Assembly: GCA_963811375.1 (NCBI GenBank)
Contig: CAWEQY010000008.1
Location: 34,092 to 98,091, forward strand
DNA length: 64,000 bases
Direction of reading: 5' to 3'
DNA from: an uncultured Solirubrobacterales bacterium
GTDB lineage: Bacteria > Actinomycetota > Thermoleophilia > Solirubrobacterales > 70-9
In this document: piece by piece, positions 51,293 through 61,090 of the stretch
Layout: every line of letters begins with the position of its first letter
How positions within the stretch are numbered: the stretch's first letter is position 1
The notes under the pieces: model-generated
The model's input: the letters and a program-made list of their open reading frames with translations, nothing else
Databases searched by the model: none
Told to the model about the DNA's origin: nothing
Program-made: the position numbers and the translations under genes

Positions 51293-52870
51293 CTAGCCGC
51301 GCATCCCCAGCCGCCGCTTGAAGTCACGCGCGTTGAATGCCTGCGCGACCCGGCCGACCAGCCCGCGGCGGGCCTTCGTGTACGGGAACCACGACGGCTC
51401 GCGCTTGCCGCTGAATCGGGTCGCCACGATCGACTCGGGGCGGCAGTACTTCTTGATCCCGTACTCGCCGTGGCGGAAGCCGATGCCCGACTCCTTCCAG
51501 CCACCCATCGGCACGTCCATCGCCAGATAGTTGACGAGCACGTCGTTGACGTTGACGGCGCCGCACTCGACCCGGCGGGCGACCTTCTCGGCTCGCTCCT
51601 TCTCGCCGAAGACGGAACCTGAAAGGCCGTAGCGGGTGTCGTTGGCGAAGCGCAGCGCCTCCTCGGAGTCGCGTACCTTCATCACCCCGACGACCGGCCC
51701 GAAGGTCTCGTCGCGCATCACCTTCATCGAGTGATCGACGTCGACCAGGACGGTCGGTTCGAAATAGTCGCCGGGCCCCTCGACCCGTTTGCCGCCGGTC
51801 AGCGCCTTGGCGCCGGAGGCAATTGCGTCGTCGACGTGGTCCTCGACGATCGCGGTCTGGTTCGGCGAGGTCATCGCGCCGACGTCCTTTTCGGGAGTCT
51901 TGCCGTCGGCTCCCTGGCGCAGGGCGCTGACCTCCCTGGTCAGCTTCTGGACGAACTCGTCGTAGGCGGGCTCCTCGACGTAGATCCGCTCCACCGACAT
52001 GCAGATCTGGCCGGAGTTCATCATCCCGCCGTAGGTGGCGGCGTTGGCGGCGCGGTCGAGATCGGCGTCGGAGAGGACGATCATCGGGTCCTTGCCGCCG
52101 AGCTCGAGGCTGACCGGGGTCAGCGTCTCGGCGGCGCGCGCCATCACCTTGCGCCCGGTCCTGTCGGAGCCGGTGAACTGGATGAAGTCGGCCGCGTCGA
52201 CCAGGGCGCCGCCGGTCTCGCCGATGCCCTGCACGCAGTCGAGCACGTCGGGGCCGCCGATCTCCTGCTTCCAGGCCTTGACCACCTCGGCCAGGCCCAG
52301 CGGGGTGAACTCGGAGGGCTTGATCACCACGGCGGCACCGGCCTGCAGGGCCGGGATCGCGTCGCCGAGGGCGAGGGTCAGCGGAAAGTTCCAGGGGCTG
52401 ATGATTCCGACCACGGGGTAGGGGCGGTATTGGACGGTGAGCTTCTTCGAGGCGAGCAGCGGCGAGTGTGGCCGCACGTTTTCGTCACCGATGAACTTCT
52501 CCGCCTTGCTGCCGTAGAAATTGATCAGGTCGGTCAGGTAGAGCGTCTCGGTGGTCGCGTCGGCGCGGACCTTGCCGGTCTCGGCCTGCATCGTGTCGCC
52601 GATCCGCCCGGCGCTGTCGAGCATCCAGTCGCGCAGCTTGCCGAGCCAGAAGTAACGACCCTCGAGCCCAATCGCCTCCCACTCCGCCTGGTTGGCGCGA
52701 ACCCGGGCAACGGTTTCGGCGACAGCCTGGGGTGAGTCGACCGCGATCGTCTTAATCAGTCCACCGGTGGCAGGGTTGTTGACGTCGAGCGTCGCGGCCG
52801 CCGGCGGCGCTCCGGCGCCGTTCGTCATCCCGTTCGCCTGCGTACTCGTCTCGGCGGTGCCGCTCTCCAC
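51293..52870 (-). CDS. NAD(P)-dependent aldehyde dehydrogenase
   Basis: ISPWNFPL, FTGSDRTGR, ELGGKDP (Glu) and NSGQICMSVERIYV (Cys). The start may be GTG 52870 or ATG 52828. Confidence 0.9.
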   Translation of the reverse strand: MESGTAETSTQANGMTNGAGAPPAAATLDVNNPATGGLIKTIAVDSPQAVAETVARVRANQAEWEAIGLEGRYFWLGKLRDWMLDSAGRIGDTMQAETGKVRADATTETLYLTDLINFYGSKAEKFIGDENVRPHSPLLASKKLTVQYRPYPVVGIISPWNFPLTLALGDAIPALQAGAAVVIKPSEFTPLGLAEVVKAWKQEIGGPDVLDCVQGIGETGGALVDAADFIQFTGSDRTGRKVMARAAETLTPVSLELGGKDPMIVLSDADLDRAANAATYGGMMNSGQICMSVERIYVEEPAYDEFVQKLTREVSALRQGADGKTPEKDVGAMTSPNQTAIVEDHVDDAIASGAKALTGGKRVEGPGDYFEPTVLVDVDHSMKVMRDETFGPVVGVMKVRDSEEALRFANDTRYGLSGSVFGEKERAEKVARRVECGAVNVNDVLVNYLAMDVPMGGWKESGIGFRHGEYGIKKYCRPESIVATRFSGKREPSWFPYTKARRGLVGRVAQAFNARDFKRRLGMRG

Positions 52871-52922
52871 TGGGCGCTCCCTTCGTCGACCCTTGGCTGG
52901 TCAGCCAACTCTAGCCGCTCGG

Positions 52923-53195
52923 TTAGAGCCGATCGAGAAAGAGACCGAGGATGAAGGTGAGCAGCGCGGCGATCATCAGTCGCTGCAAGGCATCGAATCG
53001 TGCGTTCAGGGCCTCGAACCGCGCATCCACTTTGTCGAACCGCGCATCCACCCGGTCGAACCGCGTGTCCATCTCGGACTTGATTTCACTGCGGAAGGAG
53101 CGGAGGTCCTGGCGCGATTCGCGAAAGCCCTCGTCCACCCGCGCGGTGAGATCGTCGAGCCGCTCGTCGGTCCACGCCTTTCTCATCGCCTCCAT
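52923..53195 (-). CDS. Small tail-anchored coiled-coil protein (WTD-RLDD family) with 7-aa tandem repeats
   Basis: Trimmed to the ATG at 53195: MEAMRKAWTDERLDDLTARVDEGF...RFDRVDARFDKVDARFEALNARFDALQR followed by the TM helix LMIAALLTFILGLFL. Confidence 0.5.
   Translation of the reverse strand: MEAMRKAWTDERLDDLTARVDEGFRESRQDLRSFRSEIKSEMDTRFDRVDARFDKVDARFEALNARFDALQRLMIAALLTFILGLFLDRL
52991..53074. repeat. Four tandem 21-bp units (coding heptad repeats RFDxVDA)
   Basis: catcgaatcgtgcgttcaggg / cctcgaaccgcgcatccactt / tgtcgaaccgcgcatccaccc / ggtcgaaccgcgtgtccatct. Confidence 0.6.
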
Positions 53196-53251
53196 GATGC
53201 CACTGTAGACAGAATGTCTCCAGGGCGTGTTAGCAAATTGCCACAAAAGTG

Positions 53252-54451
53252 TCACTTTTTGACGAGGCGGAATACCGGTCCATCCAACGAGCTGACGTAG
53301 AGGTGGTGGGCGTTGTCTTCGCCGAAGGAGCTTGGGCTTGCGACCGCGAGGCCGAGTTTGCGGTCGCCGCTGGCTCGCTTCGGATGGGGGCTGAGGCTGC
53401 GCAGCTCGCCCTCGCAGAGGTCGGCGTAGACGTAGCGCTTGTACAGGGAGGGCAGGGAGGGGTCGCGGACGACATAGCCACCGATGATCGAGCAGCTGCC
53501 ACCGCGGCTGTGGCTGTAGGCGAAGATCGGCTTGGTCGTGCCGCCGGGGTCGGCGGTGCCGCTGTTTTCGTCGCGATAGGGCGCGAAGCCCTCGAACGCG
53601 TCCCAGCCGAAGTTGGCGCCGCTTGCCGCCGCGACCGTCGTGTAGTCGAGCTCCTCGAACTCGCCCTGGCCGACATCGCCGATCGCGAGTCGCGGCGGCT
53701 GGGCGCCGACCGTGTCGAAGGAGAAGCGGAACGGGTTGCGCAGGCCGTAGCTGTAGATCTCGTCGCGACCGGGCTGGCCGACGAACGGGTTCGAGCTCGG
53801 GACCGAGTAGGGCTGGCCGCCCGCCGGCCGGGGATCGATCCGCAACAGCTTGCCGAGCAGGACATCTTTGTTCTGGGCGTTGTTCGGGGGGTCGCCGCCG
53901 GAGCCACCGTCGCCGCTGCCGAAGTAGAGGAGGTTGTCGAGAAACTGCATCTGACCGCCGTTGTGGTTGGCGTTGACGGGATGGGGGATCTCGATCACCT
54001 GGCGCCGGGAGTCGGGGGCGGCCCGGGTGGCGCTGCCGCGCTTGAATTCGTCGACGCGGATGTTGCCCTCGTCGTCGTTGTAATAGACGTAGAAGCTGCC
54101 GCTCTGGCGGTAATCGGAGGGGAAGGCGACTGAGAGCAACCCGCGCTCGGCGCCGTCGTAGCCGACCGCGGGGCGCAGGTCGAGGAAGGGGCGCGAGAGG
54201 CGCTTGCCAGCGCTCAGCACGACCACGCGCCCGGGCTGCTCGACCACGAACAGCAGTTTCGGAAAGCCCGGCGCCCCGGCGACGTAGACGGGATGGTCGA
54301 ACCTGCCGATCTTCTTCAGCGCGACGCCGTTCTCGGTACCAGTGCGCGTCGCGCCAACATCGTCATCGGGTTGATTGGCGGACCCGCAGGCCGGCAGGCC
54401 GAGCGTCAACAGGGAGACAATCAGTGCGGCGGTGACGGAGAGGCGTTGCAC
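53252..54451 (-). CDS. PQQ-dependent sugar (glucose/sorbosone) dehydrogenase-like beta-propeller, lipoprotein
   Basis: Lipobox LTLGLPAC. Diagnostic blocks are HNGGQMQFLDNLLYFGSGDGG, YSYGLRNPFRFSFD and GDVGQGEFEE. Confidence 0.85.
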   Translation of the reverse strand: MQRLSVTAALIVSLLTLGLPACGSANQPDDDVGATRTGTENGVALKKIGRFDHPVYVAGAPGFPKLLFVVEQPGRVVVLSAGKRLSRPFLDLRPAVGYDGAERGLLSVAFPSDYRQSGSFYVYYNDDEGNIRVDEFKRGSATRAAPDSRRQVIEIPHPVNANHNGGQMQFLDNLLYFGSGDGGSGGDPPNNAQNKDVLLGKLLRIDPRPAGGQPYSVPSSNPFVGQPGRDEIYSYGLRNPFRFSFDTVGAQPPRLAIGDVGQGEFEELDYTTVAAASGANFGWDAFEGFAPYRDENSGTADPGGTTKPIFAYSHSRGGSCSIIGGYVVRDPSLPSLYKRYVYADLCEGELRSLSPHPKRASGDRKLGLAVASPSSFGEDNAHHLYVSSLDGPVFRLVKK

Positions 54452-54480
54452 GCAAGCACGCTACCCGCAAGCGGTGGCGG

Positions 54481-55170
54481 CTATTCGCCGGGCTCGCTGC
54501 GCTGGCGCTGCATCGCCTTTTCGACGACCTCGCCATCGTCGGTCACTTCGGTGTCGGGCGGCACGGCGGAGATTTCGGTGGCGAAGGAGCCGCCAGCGGC
54601 AACGCCGTTCGTCTTCGCCTTCGCGGTTCCGCTGAGGCCCGCGTCGATGCGGTAGAGGACGGTGAACTTCCCGGCTTTGACCGCGCTCAGCTTCCAGACC
54701 GCATCCGTGGTTGCCCCTGGCTTCAGCGGGCCGAAGGAGAAGGTCTTGCGGTTCGAGGTCGAGGCTCCGCCGGGATCTGCGGAGTCGAGCAGGCGTGGGT
54801 AGCCGGCGGCGAGAACCCAGACTGGACGGTCGGGCTGGGCAAGGCCCGTCTGCGGGTCGCTGATCCCGAACGGCAGCGAGGAGGCCTGGCCCTCCTTGCC
54901 GGCAAGCGAGATCGTCACGGTCAGCGCCGGCAGCGGCTTCTTGCCGGTGTTACGTACGCCGAGCTGCAGCAGCGAGGTCTGGCCGAGGCGCTGGTCGGTC
55001 GGGAAGCTCGCCTCGGTCACCCGCACGTCGTAGGTGCCGGACGGCTGGTTCGCGTCCGAGGAGGATTCCCCACCGCAGGCGGCCAGCAGCACCGCCACGG
55101 CCACGGCGGCAACCCCGGTCGCGGTGGCTCGAAGGCGGGTACCCCGGGAATGTCTGCCGGTACCCCGCAA
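54481..55170 (-). CDS. Hypothetical lipoprotein
   Basis: Signal sequence and lipobox AVAVAVLLAACGG. The remainder looks beta-rich, with no motif recognised. Confidence 0.5.
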   Translation of the reverse strand: MRGTGRHSRGTRLRATATGVAAVAVAVLLAACGGESSSDANQPSGTYDVRVTEASFPTDQRLGQTSLLQLGVRNTGKKPLPALTVTISLAGKEGQASSLPFGISDPQTGLAQPDRPVWVLAAGYPRLLDSADPGGASTSNRKTFSFGPLKPGATTDAVWKLSAVKAGKFTVLYRIDAGLSGTAKAKTNGVAAGGSFATEISAVPPDTEVTDDGEVVEKAMQRQRSEPGE

Positions 55171-55314
55171 AGCGGCCGGAACATACCACGGGGTTTCCCC
55201 GCATCCACGCGCTTTTCGCGGCTACCCAGACGGGTTAGCCGGATCTCAACACTCGGCTAACGGTTAGGCCTGGGCCATCCCATAGACTCAGGTGACGAGT
55301 GGGGCGCCGCGTGC

Positions 55315-56148
55315 GTGCGGCGCAGCTCGTCGGAGGAGCAGATGGTCGGATCCGCGGTCAACAGGGCATTCCTGCCCGCCAAGTCACTGTTCGAAGTGGT
55401 CGGGGACATGATGATCCTCACCGCGCGAACGCTCGTGTCCGCAGTCAAGCCGCCGTATCCCTACGGCGAGGAGTTCATCGGGCAGTTCCTCTTCGCCCTG
55501 CAGCTCTGCTGGTTCCCGCTGCTGGTCTCGACCGTTGCCTTCGGCTTCGGCGCGCCCGGCCTGCAGGCCGCCAACTTCCTTTCGCTGTTCGGCGCGCTGG
55601 ACCGGCTGGGCGGCTTCTTCGTGCTCGCCTCGATCCGTGAGTTCGCCCCCTTCGTCACCGCAGTTGTCGTCGCCGGCGTCGCCGGGACCGCAATCACCGC
55701 CGACTTGGGGGCCCGCAAGATTCGCGAGGAGCTCGACGCCCTGCAGGTGCTCGGCGTCGACCCGATCAAGAACCTGGTCGTGCCGCGCTTCCTGGCTCTG
55801 ATGCTGATCACCGGCCTGCTCGACATCTACGCCCTGGTCTTCGGGATCAGCGGCGGCATCCTCACCGAGATGCTCTACAACCAGCCGCTCGGCGGCTTCT
55901 TCGCCACCCTCTTCTCGAACGCCTCGATCACCGACCTCGCCGGCTCGGTCATCAAGTGCACCCTCTTCGGCGCCCTGATCGCGGTCGTTTGCTCCTACAA
56001 AGGGATGACCGCGTCCGGTGGTGCCGCCGGCGTCGGCCGCGCCGTCAACGAGGCCGTCGTCATCTCCTTCATGGGCGTCTTCGCCTTCAACTACGTCTTC
56101 ACCCAGACCATGCTTGCGACCAACCCTGAGCTGCAGACGATCCGGTGA
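55315..56148 (+). CDS. MlaE/YrbE-type ABC transporter permease
   Basis: Polytopic, with typical MlaE blocks REFAPFVTAVVVAGVAGTAITADLGARKIREELDALQVLGVDPI. Confidence 0.85.
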   Translation: MRRSSSEEQMVGSAVNRAFLPAKSLFEVVGDMMILTARTLVSAVKPPYPYGEEFIGQFLFALQLCWFPLLVSTVAFGFGAPGLQAANFLSLFGALDRLGGFFVLASIREFAPFVTAVVVAGVAGTAITADLGARKIREELDALQVLGVDPIKNLVVPRFLALMLITGLLDIYALVFGISGGILTEMLYNQPLGGFFATLFSNASITDLAGSVIKCTLFGALIAVVCSYKGMTASGGAAGVGRAVNEAVVISFMGVFAFNYVFTQTMLATNPELQTIR

Positions 56149-56942
56149 ACCCCTGGCTCGCAGTCCCGCGCGGCTGGCTCGACTCGCTCGGGGAGATCGC
56201 CCGCTTCGGCTCGATGGTCGCCGGCCAGGTCTACACGGGCCGGGTCCTGCGCTTCTTCGGCGAGAGCCTGCGCCAGGCCGGCATCCTGATTCTCGGCTCG
56301 GCCCTGATCATCTGGGGCCTGGTGTTCACGCTCGGCCTGCAGTGCGGGATCGAGGGCGCCTACCTGCTGCGCGCCCAGGGCGCTCCCGCCTACGCCGGCG
56401 TCTTCGCCGCCTGGTGCGACCTGCGCGAGATCATGCCCTACGCCTTCGGCTACATGCTCGCGGCCAAGGTCGGGACCGGGATCGTCGCCGAGCTCGGGGC
56501 GATGCGGATCTCCGACGAGATCGACGCGCTCGAGGTGATGGGGGTGCCGCCGATCACCTTCCTCTGCGCCACCCGGCTGCTTGCCGCCTGGATCACCTTT
56601 CCCTTCATGTATCTGGCCGGGATCGGAATCATGTACCTGGCCAGCTACCTGGCCGTCGTCAAACAGATCGCCGACGTCTCTTCCGGCGGCTACTTCCTGA
56701 TCTTCTGGATGTTCCAGAACCCCCCCGACCTGATCTTCAGCCTGATCAAGGGCATGACCATGGCCACGGCGATCGTGCTGGTCGGCTGTTACTACGGCTA
56801 CACGGCCTCCGGAGGCCCGGTCGGGGTGGGGACCGCGACCGCGAAGTCGATGGTCCTCAACATCGTCTTAGTCCACATCATCGGGATGCTTGGGACCCTT
56901 GTCTTCTGGGGGGCCAACCCGAGGGCGCCAATAGGAGGCTGA
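56145..56942 (+). CDS. MlaE/YrbE-type ABC transporter permease (second)
   Basis: GTGIVAELGAMRISDEIDALEVMGVPPI. Its start overlaps the upstream stop. Confidence 0.85.
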   Translation: MNPWLAVPRGWLDSLGEIARFGSMVAGQVYTGRVLRFFGESLRQAGILILGSALIIWGLVFTLGLQCGIEGAYLLRAQGAPAYAGVFAAWCDLREIMPYAFGYMLAAKVGTGIVAELGAMRISDEIDALEVMGVPPITFLCATRLLAAWITFPFMYLAGIGIMYLASYLAVVKQIADVSSGGYFLIFWMFQNPPDLIFSLIKGMTMATAIVLVGCYYGYTASGGPVGVGTATAKSMVLNIVLVHIIGMLGTLVFWGANPRAPIGG

Positions 56943-56944
56943 CA

Positions 56945-57961
56945 GTGTCGATGGACGAGCAAGAGCGCATCAACGAGACCGAGGGCAGGGACTTTGAGAC
57001 CGAGGTGGAGACCAGTGCCGAGCTGGCCAACCCGGTCGGGCCCGAGGCCGGCACGGAGCCGGGACATCCCCAAAGCGCCACGGCGAGCGGCCCCTATGTG
57101 AGCGAGGACGGCTCGGTCATGGGCCGCGACTTCGTCATCCCCGGTGTCGATCCCCGCGAGCACGATCCCTACCGCTTCCATACCGGCCGCAAGCGCGACC
57201 ACGGCGGCGAAGACGCGATCGAGATCATCGACCTGGTCAAACAGTTCGGCCGCGCCCGCATCCTCAACGGCCTCAACCTCGGCCTGCCCGAAGACCAGGT
57301 GTCGATGGTGCTCGGCCCCTCGGGAACCGGCAAGAGCGTGTTGATCAAGCACATCGTCGGCCTGCTCTATCCGGATTCGGGCGATGTGCTGGTCCACGGC
57401 GAATCGATCCCGAACATGACCGACGACGAACTCTTCGACGTGCGTAAAAAGTTCGGCCTGCTGTTCCAGGACGGGGCCCTCTTCGGCTCGATGAACATCT
57501 ACGACAACACCTGCTTCCCGCTGCGCCAGCACACCGACAAAAGCGAGGAAGAGATCGGCGAGATCGTCAATCGCCGTCTGCGCGAGGTGGGGCTGACCGA
57601 GGCGACGTACAAGATGCCGAACGAGCTCTCGGGTGGCATGCGCAAGCGCGCCGGCTTCGCTCGGGCGCTGGTGCTCGAACCGGCGATCGTGATGTTCGAC
57701 GAGCCCGATTCCGGCCTCGACCCGGTCCGCACGGCGCTGCTCTGCGAGCTGATCCGCGAGGTCCACGCCGAGAACGGCGGCTGCTACCTGGTGATCAGCC
57801 ACGACCTCGGCACCGCTCGTCGCATCGCCGATTTCATCGCGGTGCTCTGGAGCGGCAAGATCGTTGAGTCCGGGCCCAAAGAAGAACTGTTCGACTCGAG
57901 CAACCCGTTCGTGAACCAGTTCCTCAACGCGGACGTCAGCGGCCCACTCTCGATGGACTGA
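56945..57961 (+). CDS. ABC transporter ATP-binding protein (MlaF/Mkl-like) with ~95-aa acidic N-terminal extension
   Basis: AGGAGG lies 5 nt upstream of GTG 56945. Walker A is GPSGTGKS, the signature is LSGGMRKRAG and Walker B is IVMFDEPDSGLD. The upstream part of ORF 56018..57961 is rejected. Confidence 0.9.
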   Translation: MSMDEQERINETEGRDFETEVETSAELANPVGPEAGTEPGHPQSATASGPYVSEDGSVMGRDFVIPGVDPREHDPYRFHTGRKRDHGGEDAIEIIDLVKQFGRARILNGLNLGLPEDQVSMVLGPSGTGKSVLIKHIVGLLYPDSGDVLVHGESIPNMTDDELFDVRKKFGLLFQDGALFGSMNIYDNTCFPLRQHTDKSEEEIGEIVNRRLREVGLTEATYKMPNELSGGMRKRAGFARALVLEPAIVMFDEPDSGLDPVRTALLCELIREVHAENGGCYLVISHDLGTARRIADFIAVLWSGKIVESGPKEELFDSSNPFVNQFLNADVSGPLSMD

Positions 57962-57962
57962 G

Positions 57963-60431
57963 TTGAGCGCTGGGCAGTGGTTCGGCCGCGTCGCGGCGTG
58001 GGCCGCTGGGCACGCCCGGGCGGTGTTGGCGCTCAGCGTCGTGCTGGCGCTCGCCGCCGGGATTGGGGCAACGCGGATCCCGACCGACGCCGGGGTTGGG
58101 ACGCTGGTCGACACCGACACCGCGACCTACCGGGCGACCCAGCAGGTGCGCGAATCCTTTGGCGAGGAACCGGTGGTGGTGCTTGCCGAGGGGGATCTGC
58201 AGGGATTGGTCCTGGGCCCGAACGTCTTTCGCCTGCTGCGCCTCGAGGGCTGCCTCTCGGGAAAGGTGCCGAGGGGGGCAAAGCCAATCCCCGGTCCCTG
58301 CGCGGAACTGGCCGAGCTCGATCCGGTCGAGTTCCTGGCCGGTCCAGCGACCTTCCTCAACGAGTCCGTGGTCCAGATCGATGCCCAGTTACGGCGCTTG
58401 GCACAGCGGGTGCCGCCGCAGCGGTTCCGCGAATTCCTGCTCTCGGTGGCCACCCGCTACGGCATCACCAGCGCTCCGAGCCTCGCCAACGAAGAATTCG
58501 TCGCCACCGTCGTCTTCGACCTGGCGCGGGCCCGCGGCACCCCCAAGTCGCGACTCGCCTACCTCTTTCCCAACAGCCACTCGGCCCAGATCGTGGTTCG
58601 GCTCAAGCCCGACCTCAGCGCTGGCGAGCGCCACCGCACGATCGACCTGATCGAGGCCGCGGTCAACGACACGACTCCGCGTCAGGCGTGCGCCGAGAAA
58701 GGCGAGCCCGCCCCCTGCTTCGAGCTGAAGGGGGGGAGCTACGTCGTCTCCGGCGCCCCGGTCGTCGTCGATGGCCTCGAAAACGCACTGAAGAACGCTC
58801 TGCTGGTCCTCTTCGCCGTGGCCCTGGCGGTGATGGCGGCGACCCTGCTCGCCGTCTTCCGTTCCCGTCTGCGGCTGCTGCCTTTGGCCATCGCCCTCGC
58901 CGCGGCGGCTCTCGTCTTCGGGCTCCTGGGTCTCTTCGGCGGCTCCCTGACGATGGCCTCGATCGCCGTCCTGCCAATCCTGATCGGCCTCGCCGTCGAC
59001 TACGCGATCCAATTCCAGGCCCGCTTCGACGAGGCGGTCGCGGCTGGATCCGAGGGCATCGAGGCCGCCCGAGCCGCGGCAGCCAGCGGCGGCCCCACGA
59101 TCGCTGCCGCCTGCCTCGCCACCGCGGCGGGCATCCTCGCGCTGCAGCTTTCACCCACGCCGATGGTTCGCAGCTTTGGCTTGCTCCTCCTGATCGGCAT
59201 CGGCATCGCTTTTCTCCTCGCGTTGACCGCGGGCTTCGCGGCTCTCAGTCTCCGGCGCAAGAACCCTGAGACCGAAGCGTCGCTCGATCACAGGGCCCGC
59301 CCGCCGGAACGCCTCCTGTCCCTTGCTCTTTTGCATCCCCGAAGGGTTCTCGGCGTCAGCCTCGCCTTGGCGATCGTTGGCTGGGGCGTGGGCACTCAGA
59401 TCGAGACCGCCGCCGACATCCGCTCGCTGGCCCCCCAGAACCTCACCGCCGTCGAGGGGCTGAACGAGCTCCAGGACACCACCGGGGTCTCGGGTCAGCT
59501 CGATGTCAGCGTCGCGGCGCCCGACCTGACCGATCCGGCGACGATCGAGTGGATGGCCGAGTTCAAGCAGCGCGTGCTCCGGAACAACGGCTTCGGTGGC
59601 GAAAATCCCAGCTGCCTCGAAGCCGACGTCTGTCCCGGTCCGGCGCTCTCGGACTTCCTCACCCGAGGCGGCGGCGAGCTGACTCCTCGAGGCATCGACG
59701 AAACGCTGGCGGCGCTCTCGCCGTACGCCCTGCGCCAGGTGGCGCCGCTCGACCCGGAGAGTGGCGAAGTCGGGCATGAGGCGTTGCTCTCCTTCGGCAT
59801 CCGCACCGAGTCGCTGCCCAACCAGCAGGCGCTGATCGATCGGGTTCGCGCGGAGATCGGCGAGCCCGGCTCGCCCGGCGGACCCCCGGCTGGAGTCACG
59901 GTGCACCTCGCGGGCCTCTCGGTCATCGCCGCCGAATCCGCCGCCGATATCTCCAGCAGCCGTTACTGGTTGACGCTGATCGGCCTGCTGGCGGTCGCCC
60001 TGGCGCTGCTCGCCGTCTACCGCTCGCTCCCCCGGGCCCTGGTGCCGCTGCTGCCGACGCTGTTGGCGACCGGCTGGGGATCGCTGATCCTCTGGCTGAC
60101 CGGGATCCCGCTGACCCCGATGTCGGCGGCGCTGGGCGTGTTGACGATCGCGATCGCGACCGAGTTCGGTGTGATCCTCGCCGGCCGCTTCCACGAGGAG
60201 CGGGGCGGTGGGCGGGGGGTGGAGGAGGCGCTGCGGCGTGCCTACGGGCGGACCGGCGCCGCCGTGCTCGCCTCCGGGGCGACCGCGATCGCCGGCTTCG
60301 CGGTGCTGATCGCCAGCGACATCCAGATGCTGCGGGACTTCGGCCTCGTCACCGTGGTCGACCTCGCCGTCGCGCTGGCGGGTGTGATGGTGGTGTTGCC
60401 CGCCGCTCTGACCTGGATCGAGCAGCGATGA
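57963..60431 (+). CDS. MMPL-family (RND superfamily) membrane transporter
   Basis: 822 aa with two 6-TM bundles carrying repeated SIAVLPILIGLAVDYAIQF / LGVLTIAIATEFGVILAGRF blocks, separated by large extracytoplasmic loops. Confidence 0.85.
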   Translation: MSAGQWFGRVAAWAAGHARAVLALSVVLALAAGIGATRIPTDAGVGTLVDTDTATYRATQQVRESFGEEPVVVLAEGDLQGLVLGPNVFRLLRLEGCLSGKVPRGAKPIPGPCAELAELDPVEFLAGPATFLNESVVQIDAQLRRLAQRVPPQRFREFLLSVATRYGITSAPSLANEEFVATVVFDLARARGTPKSRLAYLFPNSHSAQIVVRLKPDLSAGERHRTIDLIEAAVNDTTPRQACAEKGEPAPCFELKGGSYVVSGAPVVVDGLENALKNALLVLFAVALAVMAATLLAVFRSRLRLLPLAIALAAAALVFGLLGLFGGSLTMASIAVLPILIGLAVDYAIQFQARFDEAVAAGSEGIEAARAAAASGGPTIAAACLATAAGILALQLSPTPMVRSFGLLLLIGIGIAFLLALTAGFAALSLRRKNPETEASLDHRARPPERLLSLALLHPRRVLGVSLALAIVGWGVGTQIETAADIRSLAPQNLTAVEGLNELQDTTGVSGQLDVSVAAPDLTDPATIEWMAEFKQRVLRNNGFGGENPSCLEADVCPGPALSDFLTRGGGELTPRGIDETLAALSPYALRQVAPLDPESGEVGHEALLSFGIRTESLPNQQALIDRVRAEIGEPGSPGGPPAGVTVHLAGLSVIAAESAADISSSRYWLTLIGLLAVALALLAVYRSLPRALVPLLPTLLATGWGSLILWLTGIPLTPMSAALGVLTIAIATEFGVILAGRFHEERGGGRGVEEALRRAYGRTGAAVLASGATAIAGFAVLIASDIQMLRDFGLVTVVDLAVALAGVMVVLPAALTWIEQR

Positions 60432-61090
60432 GGGACCGCTACTCGGTTGTCGTCGGCCTGCTCTTTCTCACCGTGATCGTCGTCGCCACGATCGGGACGC
60501 TGAACAGTGGCGGCGGCGAGGGGACGCTCGGCCTCGACCGCCAGCCGCCGCGCTGGCCGCTGCCGGAGTTCGCCGTGCCGGCCGCCGCCGGCGAGCTCGA
60601 AGGCGACGCCAACGTCGCCCAGGACGACTGTGAAAGCTCCGCCCTGCCCTGTCCCGAGGACGCCCGCCGCACCGCCGCCTGCCGGATCGATACCGCCGGC
60701 GCGCTCCGCGTCTGCGACTTCTTCGACCTGCCGCTGGTGATCTCTTTCTGGTTTACCAAAGGCGGCGAATGCGCCGATCAGCAGGACGTCGTCAATGCCA
60801 TCTACCGGCGCTACCGTGGACGGGTGAACTTTCTCTCGCTGGACGTGCGCGACGGCCGCGAGACGGTTCGCGAGTTAATCCACCAGCACGGCTGGAAGCT
60901 GCCGGTGGGATATGACCGCGACGGCGCCGTCGCCAGCCTCTACAAAGTCGGTGGCTGCCCGACCTTCGCCTACGTCTACCCCGGTGGAACCCTCGCCAGC
61001 GCCAGCGTCGGCGAACTCACCGCGGCGCGGCTGGCCGCCAGGGTCGAGCGGCTGCTGAGCGCCTCCCGGGCGGCGGAGAGGGGACGATGA
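60428..61090 (+). CDS. Membrane-anchored thioredoxin-fold (TlpA/redoxin-like) protein lacking the canonical CxxC
   Basis: An N-terminal TM helix precedes LVISFWFTKGGECADQ (where WCxxC is expected) and VGGCPTFAYVYPGG. Confidence 0.55.
   Translation: MRDRYSVVVGLLFLTVIVVATIGTLNSGGGEGTLGLDRQPPRWPLPEFAVPAAAGELEGDANVAQDDCESSALPCPEDARRTAACRIDTAGALRVCDFFDLPLVISFWFTKGGECADQQDVVNAIYRRYRGRVNFLSLDVRDGRETVRELIHQHGWKLPVGYDRDGAVASLYKVGGCPTFAYVYPGGTLASASVGELTAARLAARVERLLSASRAAERGR

Noticed and set aside
55234-55261. Inverted repeat gttagccg-N12-cggctaac in the divergent region before the MlaE genes
   Set aside because: It is a short 8-bp stem with no flanking T-tract. It could be an operator but there is no supporting evidence, so it is too weak to report as a feature.
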